IMG/VR virus record: IMGVR_UViG_3300031867_000452
Location: 1 to 27,783 of that record
Length of the DNA: 27,783 bases
DNA from: a virus
Reading direction: 5' to 3' (one strand)
In this document: piece by piece, positions 16,932 through 25,553 of the stretch
How the letters are laid out: every line of letters starts with the position of its first letter
Numbering within the stretch: position 1 is the first letter of the stretch
Program-made: the position numbers and the translations under genes
The notes under the pieces: generated by a model
The model's input: only the letters and a program-made list of their open reading frames with translations
Databases searched by the model: none
What the model was told of the DNA's origin: nothing

Positions 16932-17408
16932 CTACTCCCCCATCCTTCGGATTATACTGTGGAATCCTTGTACCTTTTGCAGGATGAAAGGAGTCAAGCC
17001 ATTGACTGCCTGCTTATACAACAAACCGCCATAGGATTGGATGTAAGTGTCTTCCATATCCTCATTAGTGACTCGGATATTGTATTTGTTCCAAAGGTCA
17101 CTGGCAGTCCATACGCACACATACTTGCAGAAGAGGTCTCCTTCAACTGTAGAAAGTGTGTCAATGTTTAAACGGTTAGTAAAGGTCAAGGCCTTGTTTA
17201 ATGCGAAGTCATAAGCAGTTTCAATCTCATTATCAGTTATGACCTTGTTTGCACTATTGGTATTGAACTCTTCTTCTGTTACGAATGGATCAATACTAGA
17301 AACATCCGCTTCTTGTGTGTTTGTTTCTATTCTCCATCCGTCCAGGTAGGATAAGATTAATTGTTTCCTTTCCTCATTAATTGTTGCATCGTAAGCAGTC
17401 AAAGTCAT
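16932..17408 (-). CDS. Head-tail adaptor protein (probable)
   Basis: Helical 158-aa protein immediately after the capsid module; GGTGA SD. Confidence 0.55.
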   Translation of the reverse strand: MTLTAYDATINEERKQLILSYLDGWRIETNTQEADVSSIDPFVTEEEFNTNSANKVITDNEIETAYDFALNKALTFTNRLNIDTLSTVEGDLFCKYVCVWTASDLWNKYNIRVTNEDMEDTYIQSYGGLLYKQAVNGLTPFILQKVQGFHSIIRRMGE

Positions 17409-17426
17409 GATTTCTCACCATCTACT

Positions 17427-17450
17427 AAATAAAAAAAATAAAGGAAAAGA
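17427..17450 (-). terminator. Oligo-T terminator after the capsid/Ig locus
   Basis: T-runs on the minus strand begin right after the stop at 17455, not after the capsid stop. Confidence 0.55.
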
Positions 17451-17454
17451 ATGT

Positions 17455-17754
17455 TTAATCCTTGTCAACGGATACATTGAGGGTTTCTGTTTCACTATCA
17501 ACAGTGAAATCATCATAACTCTCCAAAGCAGTATAACCACTTGGAGCGGTTACAGATACCTCATATGTTCCATATGGGACATTGGATAATGTTGCACCTC
17601 CAGCTGCACCGGTGTTTCCAGTAGTGAAAGTAACAGTACTGTCAGTTTTATCAGTGAGTGTTACTTTAGCACCAGCTACTGCTGCTGGAGTAGTTTCTGT
17701 ATCTTTCACGGAAACGGATACTGTTGAAGTTTCAGGATTCACCTCATTCTTTGG
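17455..17754 (-). CDS. Ig-like (CnaB/carboxypeptidase-regulatory-like) domain, probably a frameshift extension of the major capsid protein
   Basis: VSVKD...VAGAKVTL...T...G.ATLSNVPYGTYEVSVTAPSGY signature; open in the +1 frame across CCC AAA GAA TGA. Confidence 0.7.
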   Translation of the reverse strand, partial: PKNEVNPETSTVSVSVKDTETTPAAVAGAKVTLTDKTDSTVTFTTGNTGAAGGATLSNVPYGTYEVSVTAPSGYTALESYDDFTVDSETETLNVSVDKD

Positions 17755-18799
17755 GAGTGTAATCAACATCCGCATAAAGTGCATCTTCAGCGAACAAGAC
17801 TGCAATGTCGAAGAAAACATCGAAACTGGTTACGTAAGATTTCTTCATTACACTGTATTCTCCTTCGCTAGTGATGTCTTCTACAGGACCGTATCCGATT
17901 GCATCAGGGTCGCAAAGAATTACAACATCACCATAACTGTTAACTGGGTCGTTAAGTACATCAAGGGTAATGAATTTAACACCATGTAAGGTGAAGTTTC
18001 CATCTGCATCATATCTGAAGTAATCAGATCTGTCAGTTGCTCTTGCAGCTCCAGCTTCTGCTAATAATCTTGCTTCAAGGATGCTGCTGATTAAGAATAC
18101 TGCTTTGTCTCTTTTACCTTTCTGGTAAATGAACTGTTCAAGCATTGCTTCTAATTGTGGAATGATTTCGTAACCGGTTCCTGCATTGATTCCGGTGAAT
18201 TCTCCCATAGGCATTCTTGGAGTGGATGCATGGCCGGAAGTCCATGCGGTCTTGACATCATCTAATTGTGCTAATACTCCTTTCAATGCGTGGATACCTT
18301 TGCTGTCTGCAAGGGTTCTTTTACCGAAAATGGAAATCTGGTCCATGCTGTAAGCGGTGGATGGAGCCATTAATCCTTCCATTTTGTTCATGAATGCTTC
18401 GCCTTCAATGTTGGTTTGAAGGAAAGTCTTAGGCACAATGGAATAGTTGGTGAATGGTTTAGCATCCAAGGTCTGTTTAAGGAAAGCAGGTGCAGCTTCA
18501 GTTAAAGAACTGATGTCAGAGACTTGTTCGCCGTAAGCAGCACCACTGGTAATCTTCTCCATACTCATTAAAGGACTGTTCATTCTAAGGTGCTGGATGT
18601 CCTTTTGTTTTGCACCATCCATTTCAATGTAACGGCAAAGGCTTACGAATTTTGCTTCATCATCAATACGGGTAAGGAATTCTTCTGCAGGTGCATGTTT
18701 CACACCATCGGTCACATCTCCAGTAGTGGAGTCTACAAGGGCTTTGCCCCATTTCAAGATTATAGGTTTGTTTGCGTCAATATGTTCTTTGGTAATCAT
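17744..18799 (-). CDS. Major capsid protein (HK97 fold)
   Basis: 351 aa after the protease/scaffold; EFLTRIDDE, PKTFLQTNIEG.AF and FGK patterns. Confidence 0.85.
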   Translation of the reverse strand: MITKEHIDANKPIILKWGKALVDSTTGDVTDGVKHAPAEEFLTRIDDEAKFVSLCRYIEMDGAKQKDIQHLRMNSPLMSMEKITSGAAYGEQVSDISSLTEAAPAFLKQTLDAKPFTNYSIVPKTFLQTNIEGEAFMNKMEGLMAPSTAYSMDQISIFGKRTLADSKGIHALKGVLAQLDDVKTAWTSGHASTPRMPMGEFTGINAGTGYEIIPQLEAMLEQFIYQKGKRDKAVFLISSILEARLLAEAGAARATDRSDYFRYDADGNFTLHGVKFITLDVLNDPVNSYGDVVILCDPDAIGYGPVEDITSEGEYSVMKKSYVTSFDVFFDIAVLFAEDALYADVDYTPKE

Positions 18800-18823
18800 A
18801 GGTTAATCATCCCCATTTAAGGT

Positions 18824-19870
18824 TTATTTTCTAATTTTTCTACCGAATTCATCACGGCCGGTTCTTTCATTGAAACTTGGAACGGTTACTTGTGCCGGTT
18901 CGTCGGTTATGATTGTCTTTTTGCTCTTGTTGATTTTAGGCTTTACATCCTCTTCAACAGGAGCTTCCTCTGCAGGCTCTTCTTCTGCAGGGGTTTCTTT
19001 TTCTTGTAATGCTTCGATTGCTTTTTCTAATTCTGCTACTTTCTCTTCAAGAGCGGTAATACGAGCATCACTATCATCATCATTATTCTCAGGCTCTTCT
19101 TCGGATTCCTCGGTTGCTGATTCAGTTGGAGCGTCTTCTTTATTTACAACTGATTCCGCTTCTGGTTCGGATTCCTTAGTTACTTCAGGCTTTTTATTAG
19201 GACATTCCTCCTTTTTAACCTCGGCCTCTTCGTCTTCTTTCTGGGGCTCTTCATTCTTTAAAATCACTGGAGCCTCATCTGGCTCTGCAGATTCAGCCTT
19301 GCTGACTAAATCCTTAAGAGCATTTACAATCTCTTTAACTTCCAACTTCTTACCTCCATTCTTGGATTTTTTAATGTAAGTTGTGTAATTCATCACTTCC
19401 AATGGATACCCATTACTAGGTCCTTCATCAGTGCCTAATTTTCCAACTAAGGATATGAATTGCGGTGTAACACATTCCATATCCTTCACATTGGAATAGG
19501 TAGTGATATCAGGCAGATTTAATCCACAACTTTTTTTTACAGTCGAAGAGAGTGAGACTCCTTCGAACTCATGTGAAAGCACCATCTCCTTTATTGTTGG
19601 ATTGGTGACTTTCATTATAATAAGCCAAGACCCACTAGGTGCAATCTGGTCACCTATAGGTTCACTGGCCTTATTAATGTAATTCTCCAAAAGGGAGACT
19701 CCTTCAATCTGGTCTCCTTGATGGTAAATCTCAAATAGGTTATTGTTGTCATAGCTTGTGAATATTCTTTTAATATCCTCGGAGGATAAAGTGTCACCTT
19801 GGCTATCCTCTTCATTGGCAGGTATTACACAAGCCTTGACATACAATGCTTCGTCTTTATCATTCAGCAT
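18824..19870 (-). CDS. XkdF-like prohead serine protease fused to an acidic coiled-coil scaffold
   Basis: VIPANEEDSQGD, YHQ, ENYI, GSW, EGVSL protease pattern; very acidic C-terminal half with ITALEEKVAELEKAIEALQ. Confidence 0.8.
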   Translation of the reverse strand: MLNDKDEALYVKACVIPANEEDSQGDTLSSEDIKRIFTSYDNNNLFEIYHQGDQIEGVSLLENYINKASEPIGDQIAPSGSWLIIMKVTNPTIKEMVLSHEFEGVSLSSTVKKSCGLNLPDITTYSNVKDMECVTPQFISLVGKLGTDEGPSNGYPLEVMNYTTYIKKSKNGGKKLEVKEIVNALKDLVSKAESAEPDEAPVILKNEEPQKEDEEAEVKKEECPNKKPEVTKESEPEAESVVNKEDAPTESATEESEEEPENNDDDSDARITALEEKVAELEKAIEALQEKETPAEEEPAEEAPVEEDVKPKINKSKKTIITDEPAQVTVPSFNERTGRDEFGRKIRK

Positions 19871-19891
19871 AATCCATCACATTCATTTTTT

Positions 19892-20740
19892 TTAGTCATA
19901 AGTTACACTGCATTGACAATTGCATATGTTGCTGCAGTTATGATCATCATTATCAATGTCTCCAGGAAACAATAAAAAGTCAAGGTCTCCTGTTACTTCG
20001 TTCAATACTTCGAATTTTCCATTGAGGTTTACAGTCTGATTATCCATCCCCATATGTCGAGTATTTTCCAACCTGCTCCATATCCATGTCTTGGTGGTGT
20101 GTATCATGTCACCACCATCCCTGATGCTTTGGCTGTTTTCCATGTTCAGCTTTTCAAGGTCTAGGGAATTTGTCTTGTACTTTTCAAGGTCCCGGCTTAC
20201 TCTGTCAAGTTCCTTGTATGTGTACTCTCTTCCACGTGGACTTGTTCCTTCTTGTATGCTTTTCTCAAGGATAAGCTTCCTGGAGCTTGTAGGCTTCAGC
20301 TTTTCAACTAACTGCTTGTAGGTGTCGACTTGGAATTCACTATTCCTTATCACATTATCCGCCCATAGTACATTCTTTTGTATTCTTTCAACTTCCTTGT
20401 CGGTTAGGATTGTGGCCACCTTGTGTGCGTGCATTTTGGCAGCTATCTTGTTGACAGTATCCTTGCGGAGACTGGATTTCTGAAGTAGGCGGGCAAATGC
20501 ATTATTAGTATCAGACAAGTTGAGACTTAATATCTTGTCACGGAAGTAGTTAGGATTGGTCTTGTCAATTACAGTATCACTTATGTCAGTATGATATGTG
20601 AAAACATAATCATCTATGACTTCATTAGCTATTCTCCGAAGCCTTTGCTGTAATGGTCTTCGTGATTTCTGTATTCGGATTATCCTTTGAGTATTGTAAT
20701 AATCCAACTTTGCGAAATCAACTGGTCTATCCAATCTCAT
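19892..20740 (-). CDS. Head morphogenesis protein (SPP1 gp7 / MuF-like)
   Basis: C-terminal KTW...NTRH...FEV...LFPGD...NICNCQC motif; follows the portal. Confidence 0.85.
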   Translation of the reverse strand: MRLDRPVDFAKLDYYNTQRIIRIQKSRRPLQQRLRRIANEVIDDYVFTYHTDISDTVIDKTNPNYFRDKILSLNLSDTNNAFARLLQKSSLRKDTVNKIAAKMHAHKVATILTDKEVERIQKNVLWADNVIRNSEFQVDTYKQLVEKLKPTSSRKLILEKSIQEGTSPRGREYTYKELDRVSRDLEKYKTNSLDLEKLNMENSQSIRDGGDMIHTTKTWIWSRLENTRHMGMDNQTVNLNGKFEVLNEVTGDLDFLLFPGDIDNDDHNCSNICNCQCSVTYD

Positions 20741-22121
20741 TTATCAATGCCTCAATCTGCTCTACTTCCTGCAATGCTTCAGGGTCTGCAGTTTCAAACA
20801 ATCCTTGAAGTTTGCGGAATTCCCATATGTCTCGATTTACTGTGAAGTCATAATCATTCAAATTAATGATAGGAATGTACTCTGATAATGCTTCGATTAA
20901 TTGTTGCAGGTTTAATGCTCCAGCTTCAAATGATTTTATGATAAGGTCAACCTCTGTTTCTCTGTTGTCGCTGAAGTCAGGTGTAGTCATTTCCACATTC
21001 ACATCAATACCGTACAAGGCATAGATTAATTCCTTGATAAGCTGCTTCCATTTCTTCTGCTCCTGCTTCAATGAAAGGGAGTAGATTTCCCATATTGCCT
21101 GAGTCTTATTACTGTTCATGGATTCCTTTTCAGTATTGATCATAAGTCTTGCAAGTGGTATTCTGTACACATTGAGTACAGCTTCCTCGCATGATTGCTG
21201 ATAATTCTCAAGATAGGATTCATTGTCATCTTCTATCTTAATGAACTCGAAAGGTATAGGGTTCTCTGCCCTTGTGAATACTACAGCTATTCCATTTGCT
21301 CCGTCCTGCAACTCTTCAGATATGATTTCCTCTTCTGATGGGAGTATTATCTCATTGCCATCAGCATCGAATTGACGGGGAGTGGCTAATTGTGGAGGCA
21401 AAGGAACATGCAGTAATCCCTTGGCGATATTTCCTTTGGATACCTTGTTGTAGTTCTGTGATTCTATAGCTATTTGTGTGAATATCTTCTTGCGAATACT
21501 CATGTATCTAGGCTCTGAATAGAACAGGTAAAAGTTGTCTCCACCCATGAGTACTGCATCGGATAAGTCGAAGTTTCTCAAGTTAACGAAGTCAGTATAA
21601 TCTTCGCCAAGTATTCTGTAGTAGTAGGTTCGGCCGTTCAAGGTCTGCCTTAACAAGTAGAACTTGTTCTGTTTTTCGGTTACTTGTACAACATCCAATG
21701 TATTACTTGGCAGTTGCTTGAGTGTGAATCTGCTTCCGTCATCTGTTATTTCCATAGCTGCGAAACCAGAGTAATTGTAATCCACCGCCATGTTGTAGAA
21801 CTCATCAATATTATCCAACAAGTATTCCTGGATTTGTTCCACTATTTGCTTGGTGGTATCGTCAGCATCTTCATCTGCAGTCAATGTGACTTCATTCATT
21901 ATAGTGTCTTCAGCCAGTATTTGGCTGCATGTGGCCACATAGGTCGCATTGTCGAAAATATACTTGGCATCCGCTGCACTTATTGGTCTTTTAAGCACCA
22001 GTAAATCTTCGCCTTCATCTAACTTCTTACCAATGAACTTGTCTGAATTCTGCAGGTTATTGGAAACACTCTTTACCACTTCTGAAAGTTTAGAGTTAAC
22101 ATTATGTCCTTTAATAATCAT
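20727..22121 (-). CDS. Portal protein
   Basis: 464 aa after the terminase; VLNVYRIPLARL...N pattern. Confidence 0.85.
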   Translation of the reverse strand: MIIKGHNVNSKLSEVVKSVSNNLQNSDKFIGKKLDEGEDLLVLKRPISAADAKYIFDNATYVATCSQILAEDTIMNEVTLTADEDADDTTKQIVEQIQEYLLDNIDEFYNMAVDYNYSGFAAMEITDDGSRFTLKQLPSNTLDVVQVTEKQNKFYLLRQTLNGRTYYYRILGEDYTDFVNLRNFDLSDAVLMGGDNFYLFYSEPRYMSIRKKIFTQIAIESQNYNKVSKGNIAKGLLHVPLPPQLATPRQFDADGNEIILPSEEEIISEELQDGANGIAVVFTRAENPIPFEFIKIEDDNESYLENYQQSCEEAVLNVYRIPLARLMINTEKESMNSNKTQAIWEIYSLSLKQEQKKWKQLIKELIYALYGIDVNVEMTTPDFSDNRETEVDLIIKSFEAGALNLQQLIEALSEYIPIINLNDYDFTVNRDIWEFRKLQGLFETADPEALQEVEQIEALINEIG

Positions 22122-22123
22122 GA

Positions 22124-23530
22124 TTATCCGATTCTCCTACCAGTCTTAAATCTTGTCTTAGTGCCTAACACTTTATCATGCAAGTAATTCCTTGCCAGGC
22201 TGCAACTGTCTACAAGGTTCGGACTTCTACCCTTGCCAAGTGGATCCAGTTGCACCATCTCATCAATGAAATCATCCATATATAATCCTTGTTGGTTTAG
22301 CTTGACATTTCCGAATTTTATCCCATGTACTAATGGTCTTGCCCTTTGATACTTACTACCACTTGGAGTTCTCAATACTACAGGAATAGAGTATCCCGCT
22401 TCAATGATTAGGTTCTGGAAATATTTCCTTGCATACTCCGGACTTCCTCCGCCTTCCTGCTCTATAACTATAACACTTGTCTTAGGATGACTAGGATTTG
22501 GATTATGCTTCCTGATGAAACTGATAAGCATTCCTTCAGGATTTGCGGATTGTGTCTGATTGAAGTCATGTATGTATTCAAAGCCATTGTTCAAGTAATC
22601 ATAGCAGACAATGGCAAACATGTCTCTTCCTTTACCTGCAAGGTCTATCCCCATCAAGCTATAAACATATGGGGCAGTAATGTTTGTCACATACTGGGAT
22701 TCGGCTTCATCTCTGCTTATCAAATCTCCAGTTTGTGGCTTGTAATGCCAGTTACCGTATTTCTGGTATTGTTGGTCTATGTAATCAAGTTCATTCAATG
22801 AACCTTCGTAAGCGTTACGGTCGATGTAAGGATTGTCTCTCCAATCCATAGCAAGGTAAGGCTTGTCCCCATCCACAAACTCTTCCACTAGGTATTCTGT
22901 ACTAGGGCCCCCAGGGTTAGACAAGTTTATGATGCTTCTTGGTATCCTTGATGTGTTACGGCTGCTACGGTATTGGAACCTTAATACTTCGTAGGCTAAT
23001 TCACTAGCCTCATCATTAATTATCCTATCATAACTTGCTGATTTGAATTTCTGCTTTTTCTCTTCACGGTCAAAAGCCTTGAAATAGATAGTATTACCAT
23101 TCGGATGAGTTATCTGCGGAGTCGGTGACTGTTTATAATCACATTGATAATCCTTATGCAAGTCATCATTGCAGCACCAATCAACCAGATTATCCCATAT
23201 GCTATTAGTATCAAGTAACTCTGCATAGTTTTTCCTTGTTACTAAGCAGGTGTACCCTTCCTCATCATTCAAAATATGTTGTAATGCCAGCATGCTTCCC
23301 AGGTAGGTTTTGCCTCCGAAACCACCTGCACCACAAAGGATTGTGTTTGGTTTTTTCAATCCATCCTTATCGGTTCGTTCCGGACTGTTCACTAAGAATA
23401 ATGCTATTGATTGTTTAGGGTAGGGTTTGATTTTCTGAAGTTCCAGGTAGGGACTCTTCATTATGGTTTCCCTGTAGATCTTCTTTTGTGATTCTGTAAC
23501 GAACCCATGTGGCAGTTTTTCAACAAGCAA
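22124..23530 (-). CDS. terL: Terminase large subunit
   Basis: Walker A GAGGFGGKT, Walker B IINDEASE, coupling motif NLSNPGG, nuclease GIDLA and NLVDS; TTG start. Confidence 0.93.
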   Translation of the reverse strand: MLVEKLPHGFVTESQKKIYRETIMKSPYLELQKIKPYPKQSIALFLVNSPERTDKDGLKKPNTILCGAGGFGGKTYLGSMLALQHILNDEEGYTCLVTRKNYAELLDTNSIWDNLVDWCCNDDLHKDYQCDYKQSPTPQITHPNGNTIYFKAFDREEKKQKFKSASYDRIINDEASELAYEVLRFQYRSSRNTSRIPRSIINLSNPGGPSTEYLVEEFVDGDKPYLAMDWRDNPYIDRNAYEGSLNELDYIDQQYQKYGNWHYKPQTGDLISRDEAESQYVTNITAPYVYSLMGIDLAGKGRDMFAIVCYDYLNNGFEYIHDFNQTQSANPEGMLISFIRKHNPNPSHPKTSVIVIEQEGGGSPEYARKYFQNLIIEAGYSIPVVLRTPSGSKYQRARPLVHGIKFGNVKLNQQGLYMDDFIDEMVQLDPLGKGRSPNLVDSCSLARNYLHDKVLGTKTRFKTGRRIG

Positions 23531-23533
23531 GGT

Positions 23534-24139
23534 TTATTCCTCTATCTGTGTTAGCAAGTCATTGAAATCCTCTTCGTATTCCTCTTCACCCTTGAAAGGG
23601 TTAACGTTTATTTCTGCTTTGGCTTGCATCTCAATGAAACCATTCAAGTTAATATCATTGTTAGTTGTACTCAAACCAGCGCATAATCTGAACATCTCAT
23701 TCACATCTTTAAGGTTCAGTATCAGGTATCTTTTCATCTCTATCTTTGTCTTGAGACTATAGGATTCGCCTTTCAAGTTAGTGGCAGTATTAACCTCTTC
23801 AAGCATATCCTTGATGTTGTAGATTTCATTTTCAATTATGGTTAGGATTAATTCATTTGTATCATCGGTGTGTTTTGCTTTCTTTTTCAGTTGCTCTATC
23901 CTTTTTTCTGCATCGTTTAATTCAGCACATTGTTTCCATAACCATCTTGCAGAAAGATTCTTTGTTTTAGATAGGAGTTTGTTATAATCCTGGTCACTTT
24001 TGGTCACACCATAATATATTTCGATGGTTTTGGAAAGGGTTCTTTCTTTTGGTGGGAGGTCCATGTAGATGGTTCGCATATCATAACTTTTTGCGGTTTC
24101 ACCTTTCATTCTTTTTATTCCAGGCTTTTTATTAGTCAT
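23534..24139 (-). CDS. terS: Terminase small subunit (probable)
   Basis: Immediately upstream of terL; GETAKSY..Y.DL...RTL...SARW.W N-terminal pattern. Confidence 0.65.
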   Translation of the reverse strand: MTNKKPGIKRMKGETAKSYDMRTIYMDLPPKERTLSKTIEIYYGVTKSDQDYNKLLSKTKNLSARWLWKQCAELNDAEKRIEQLKKKAKHTDDTNELILTIIENEIYNIKDMLEEVNTATNLKGESYSLKTKIEMKRYLILNLKDVNEMFRLCAGLSTTNNDINLNGFIEMQAKAEINVNPFKGEEEYEEDFNDLLTQIEE

Positions 24140-24157
24140 GATAATACTCCCTTTTTT

Positions 24158-24493
24158 TTAGATTGTGTGTGTGAGCATGAATGTTGCTACGCTTAATGCC
24201 ATAACTACCACCGAAACTAGAAATGCGCTTATCCATTTAAGGACGCTTACTGTTGTTTCTAGTTGTGTTACTCGGTTGTCTATGTTGAAGTCATCTCTTG
24301 CGCTGTCTAGTTGTAATTGATGGATGTTGTTGGTGATCTTGTCTAGTTTCTGGTCCATGTTTTTGAAATCCAGTATAATTTGGTCTATTTTTTCTTCTTT
24401 GAATTCCATCCGGGATTCGAGGTATGCGAGTTTGGTTTCTGTGTCCTGGAGTTTATCTTCGTGTATGCACACATATTCATTTTTAGCATCCAT
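24158..24493 (-). CDS. XhlA-like coiled-coil protein with C-terminal membrane anchor
   Basis: Heptad-rich body plus one C-terminal hydrophobic helix; GGAGGATGA SD before ATG 24493. Confidence 0.55.
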   Translation of the reverse strand: MDAKNEYVCIHEDKLQDTETKLAYLESRMEFKEEKIDQIILDFKNMDQKLDKITNNIHQLQLDSARDDFNIDNRVTQLETTVSVLKWISAFLVSVVVMALSVATFMLTHTI

Positions 24494-24770
24494 CCTCATC
24501 CTCCTCTGTGATGTACTCTTCATTGGTTAATGGTTGTCCGAGTATTTCGTTCTGTTTCTCGATTACTAGCTGTTCTGCTACTTCTACTCTTTTTTCTTCG
24601 GAGAGTTGTGCTGCCAGCCATGTTAGGGCTGCGATTATGGTTGGTATGAATACCCAGTACTGGTTTGGTAAGAATGATTGCCATGCTTCGGGAGTGATTG
24701 CTGCGAGTAGCATTGCCAGGAATGCTATTGCGGTTATGAGTCTTGATTTGTACTTGTATGTTTCGGTCAT
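24483..24770 (-). CDS. Holin-like two-TM membrane protein
   Basis: Two hydrophobic helices, acidic tail; GGAGG SD. Confidence 0.6.
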   Translation of the reverse strand: MTETYKYKSRLITAIAFLAMLLAAITPEAWQSFLPNQYWVFIPTIIAALTWLAAQLSEEKRVEVAEQLVIEKQNEILGQPLTNEEYITEEDEDGC

Positions 24771-24858
24771 AATGGTTTTCCTCCAATAAGAATTGTGTGG
24801 TGATAAGTGAGAATGAAAATAGGTTTAGTGTTTGTTTGGAGAAAGCATGGGAGTTTTT

Positions 24859-25155
24859 TTTATAGGAGGAAAAACTATGAAGATTAGTGAATACTATATG
24901 AAAATTGTTTACGAACACAGTTGCTTAAATTTGTAAAAAGGAGATACACATCCATATTATGTGAATTTTAGAAAAAAAAATTTGTACCCAATGTTTTTTA
25001 TCCCATATCTTTTCTCCCTTTCTTTCTCCCAGAAACACTTCATTTATAGGTATACTTTAAAATGGTCCTCCATCTTGGAGGGATAAGCTTAGATTGGATT
25101 TGCACCAATCCTATGCCGCGCTTGGAAGCTTACTTGAATTAGTATTTTTTATAGG
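24859..25155 (-). promoter_or_regulatory. Three copies of CCTATAAA (candidate late promoters)
   Basis: tttatagg on the plus strand at 24859-24866, 25043-25050 and 25148-25155, in the non-coding gap upstream of the late operon. Confidence 0.45.
25083..25133 (-). other. T-loop-like hairpin closed by a second stem (not a complete tRNA)
   Basis: GATTGG-TGCAAAT-CCAATC hairpin (25092-25110) nested in GTAAGCTT/AAGCTTAT; no D or anticodon arm. Confidence 0.35.
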
Positions 25156-25178
25156 CGATATTATTTACGAGATAGCTG

Positions 25179-25328
25179 TTACCCCAAGATTATTCCATAA
25201 GGGAATATGATGTTTTGACGTTTGTCAGGAGGTGAAGCGAGTACCCGGCCGCATTTTAGACAATAGGTTTCCCTATGTTTCTTGTCTTCTGCGATTTCTG
25301 TGCTTTGACAGTCCGGACATTGCTTCAT
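25179..25328 (-). CDS. Stand-alone TFIIB/TFB-type zinc-ribbon protein (49 aa)
   Basis: MKQCPDCQSTEIAEDKKHRETYCLKCGRVLASPPDKRQNIIFPYGIILG; GGAGA SD; below the ORF-track cutoff. Confidence 0.8.
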   Translation of the reverse strand: MKQCPDCQSTEIAEDKKHRETYCLKCGRVLASPPDKRQNIIFPYGIILG

Positions 25329-25373
25329 TGTCTCCCATCTTTTTCATGTTTTACCATATCTTTTGCTTGAAAC

Positions 25374-25379
25374 TATAAA
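25374..25379 (-). promoter_or_regulatory. TATA box (TTTATA) upstream of the Zn-ribbon gene
   Basis: Canonical archaeal TATA hexamer about 45 nt upstream of the ATG, downstream of a strong terminator. Confidence 0.4.
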
Positions 25380-25439
25380 TCAATTAAGGAGGATCTAGAA
25401 CTTCGATTTTTATCCCTGATAATTGGGGGCATTATTGCT

Positions 25440-25542
25440 ATTGAGGAAAAACACAATAAAAAGAAAATTTTATCATGTGCGTGTTTTTAGGTGAAAACTA
25501 TGAAGGTCTAAAAAAAAACTGGCTAAAATGTTTTTCCTCAAT
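25440..25542. repeat. 14-bp perfect inverted repeat with 75-bp spacer
   Basis: attgaggaaaaaca 25440-25453 and tgtttttcctcaat 25529-25542. Confidence 0.85.
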
Positions 25543-25553
25543 GTATAAGGTGG

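Noticed and set aside
17749-17755. CCCAAAG as a classical -1 slippery heptamer
   Set aside because: The capsid frame already reads CCC AAA G, so a -1 slip does not lead into the Ig frame; only +1 (or -2) does.
23497-23506. taacgaaccc in terL, matching the outer arm of the right inversion site (4781-4790)
   Set aside because: Only 10 bp, lacks the CACCAGTA core and lies in an essential gene; compatible with chance.
24520-24918. 132-aa minus-strand ORF in the track
   Set aside because: Overlaps the holin-like gene out of frame and the promoter region; no SD; low-complexity translation.
25061-25140. A genuine tRNA gene
   Set aside because: No D arm, anticodon arm or intron motif; too short; kept only as a tRNA-like element.
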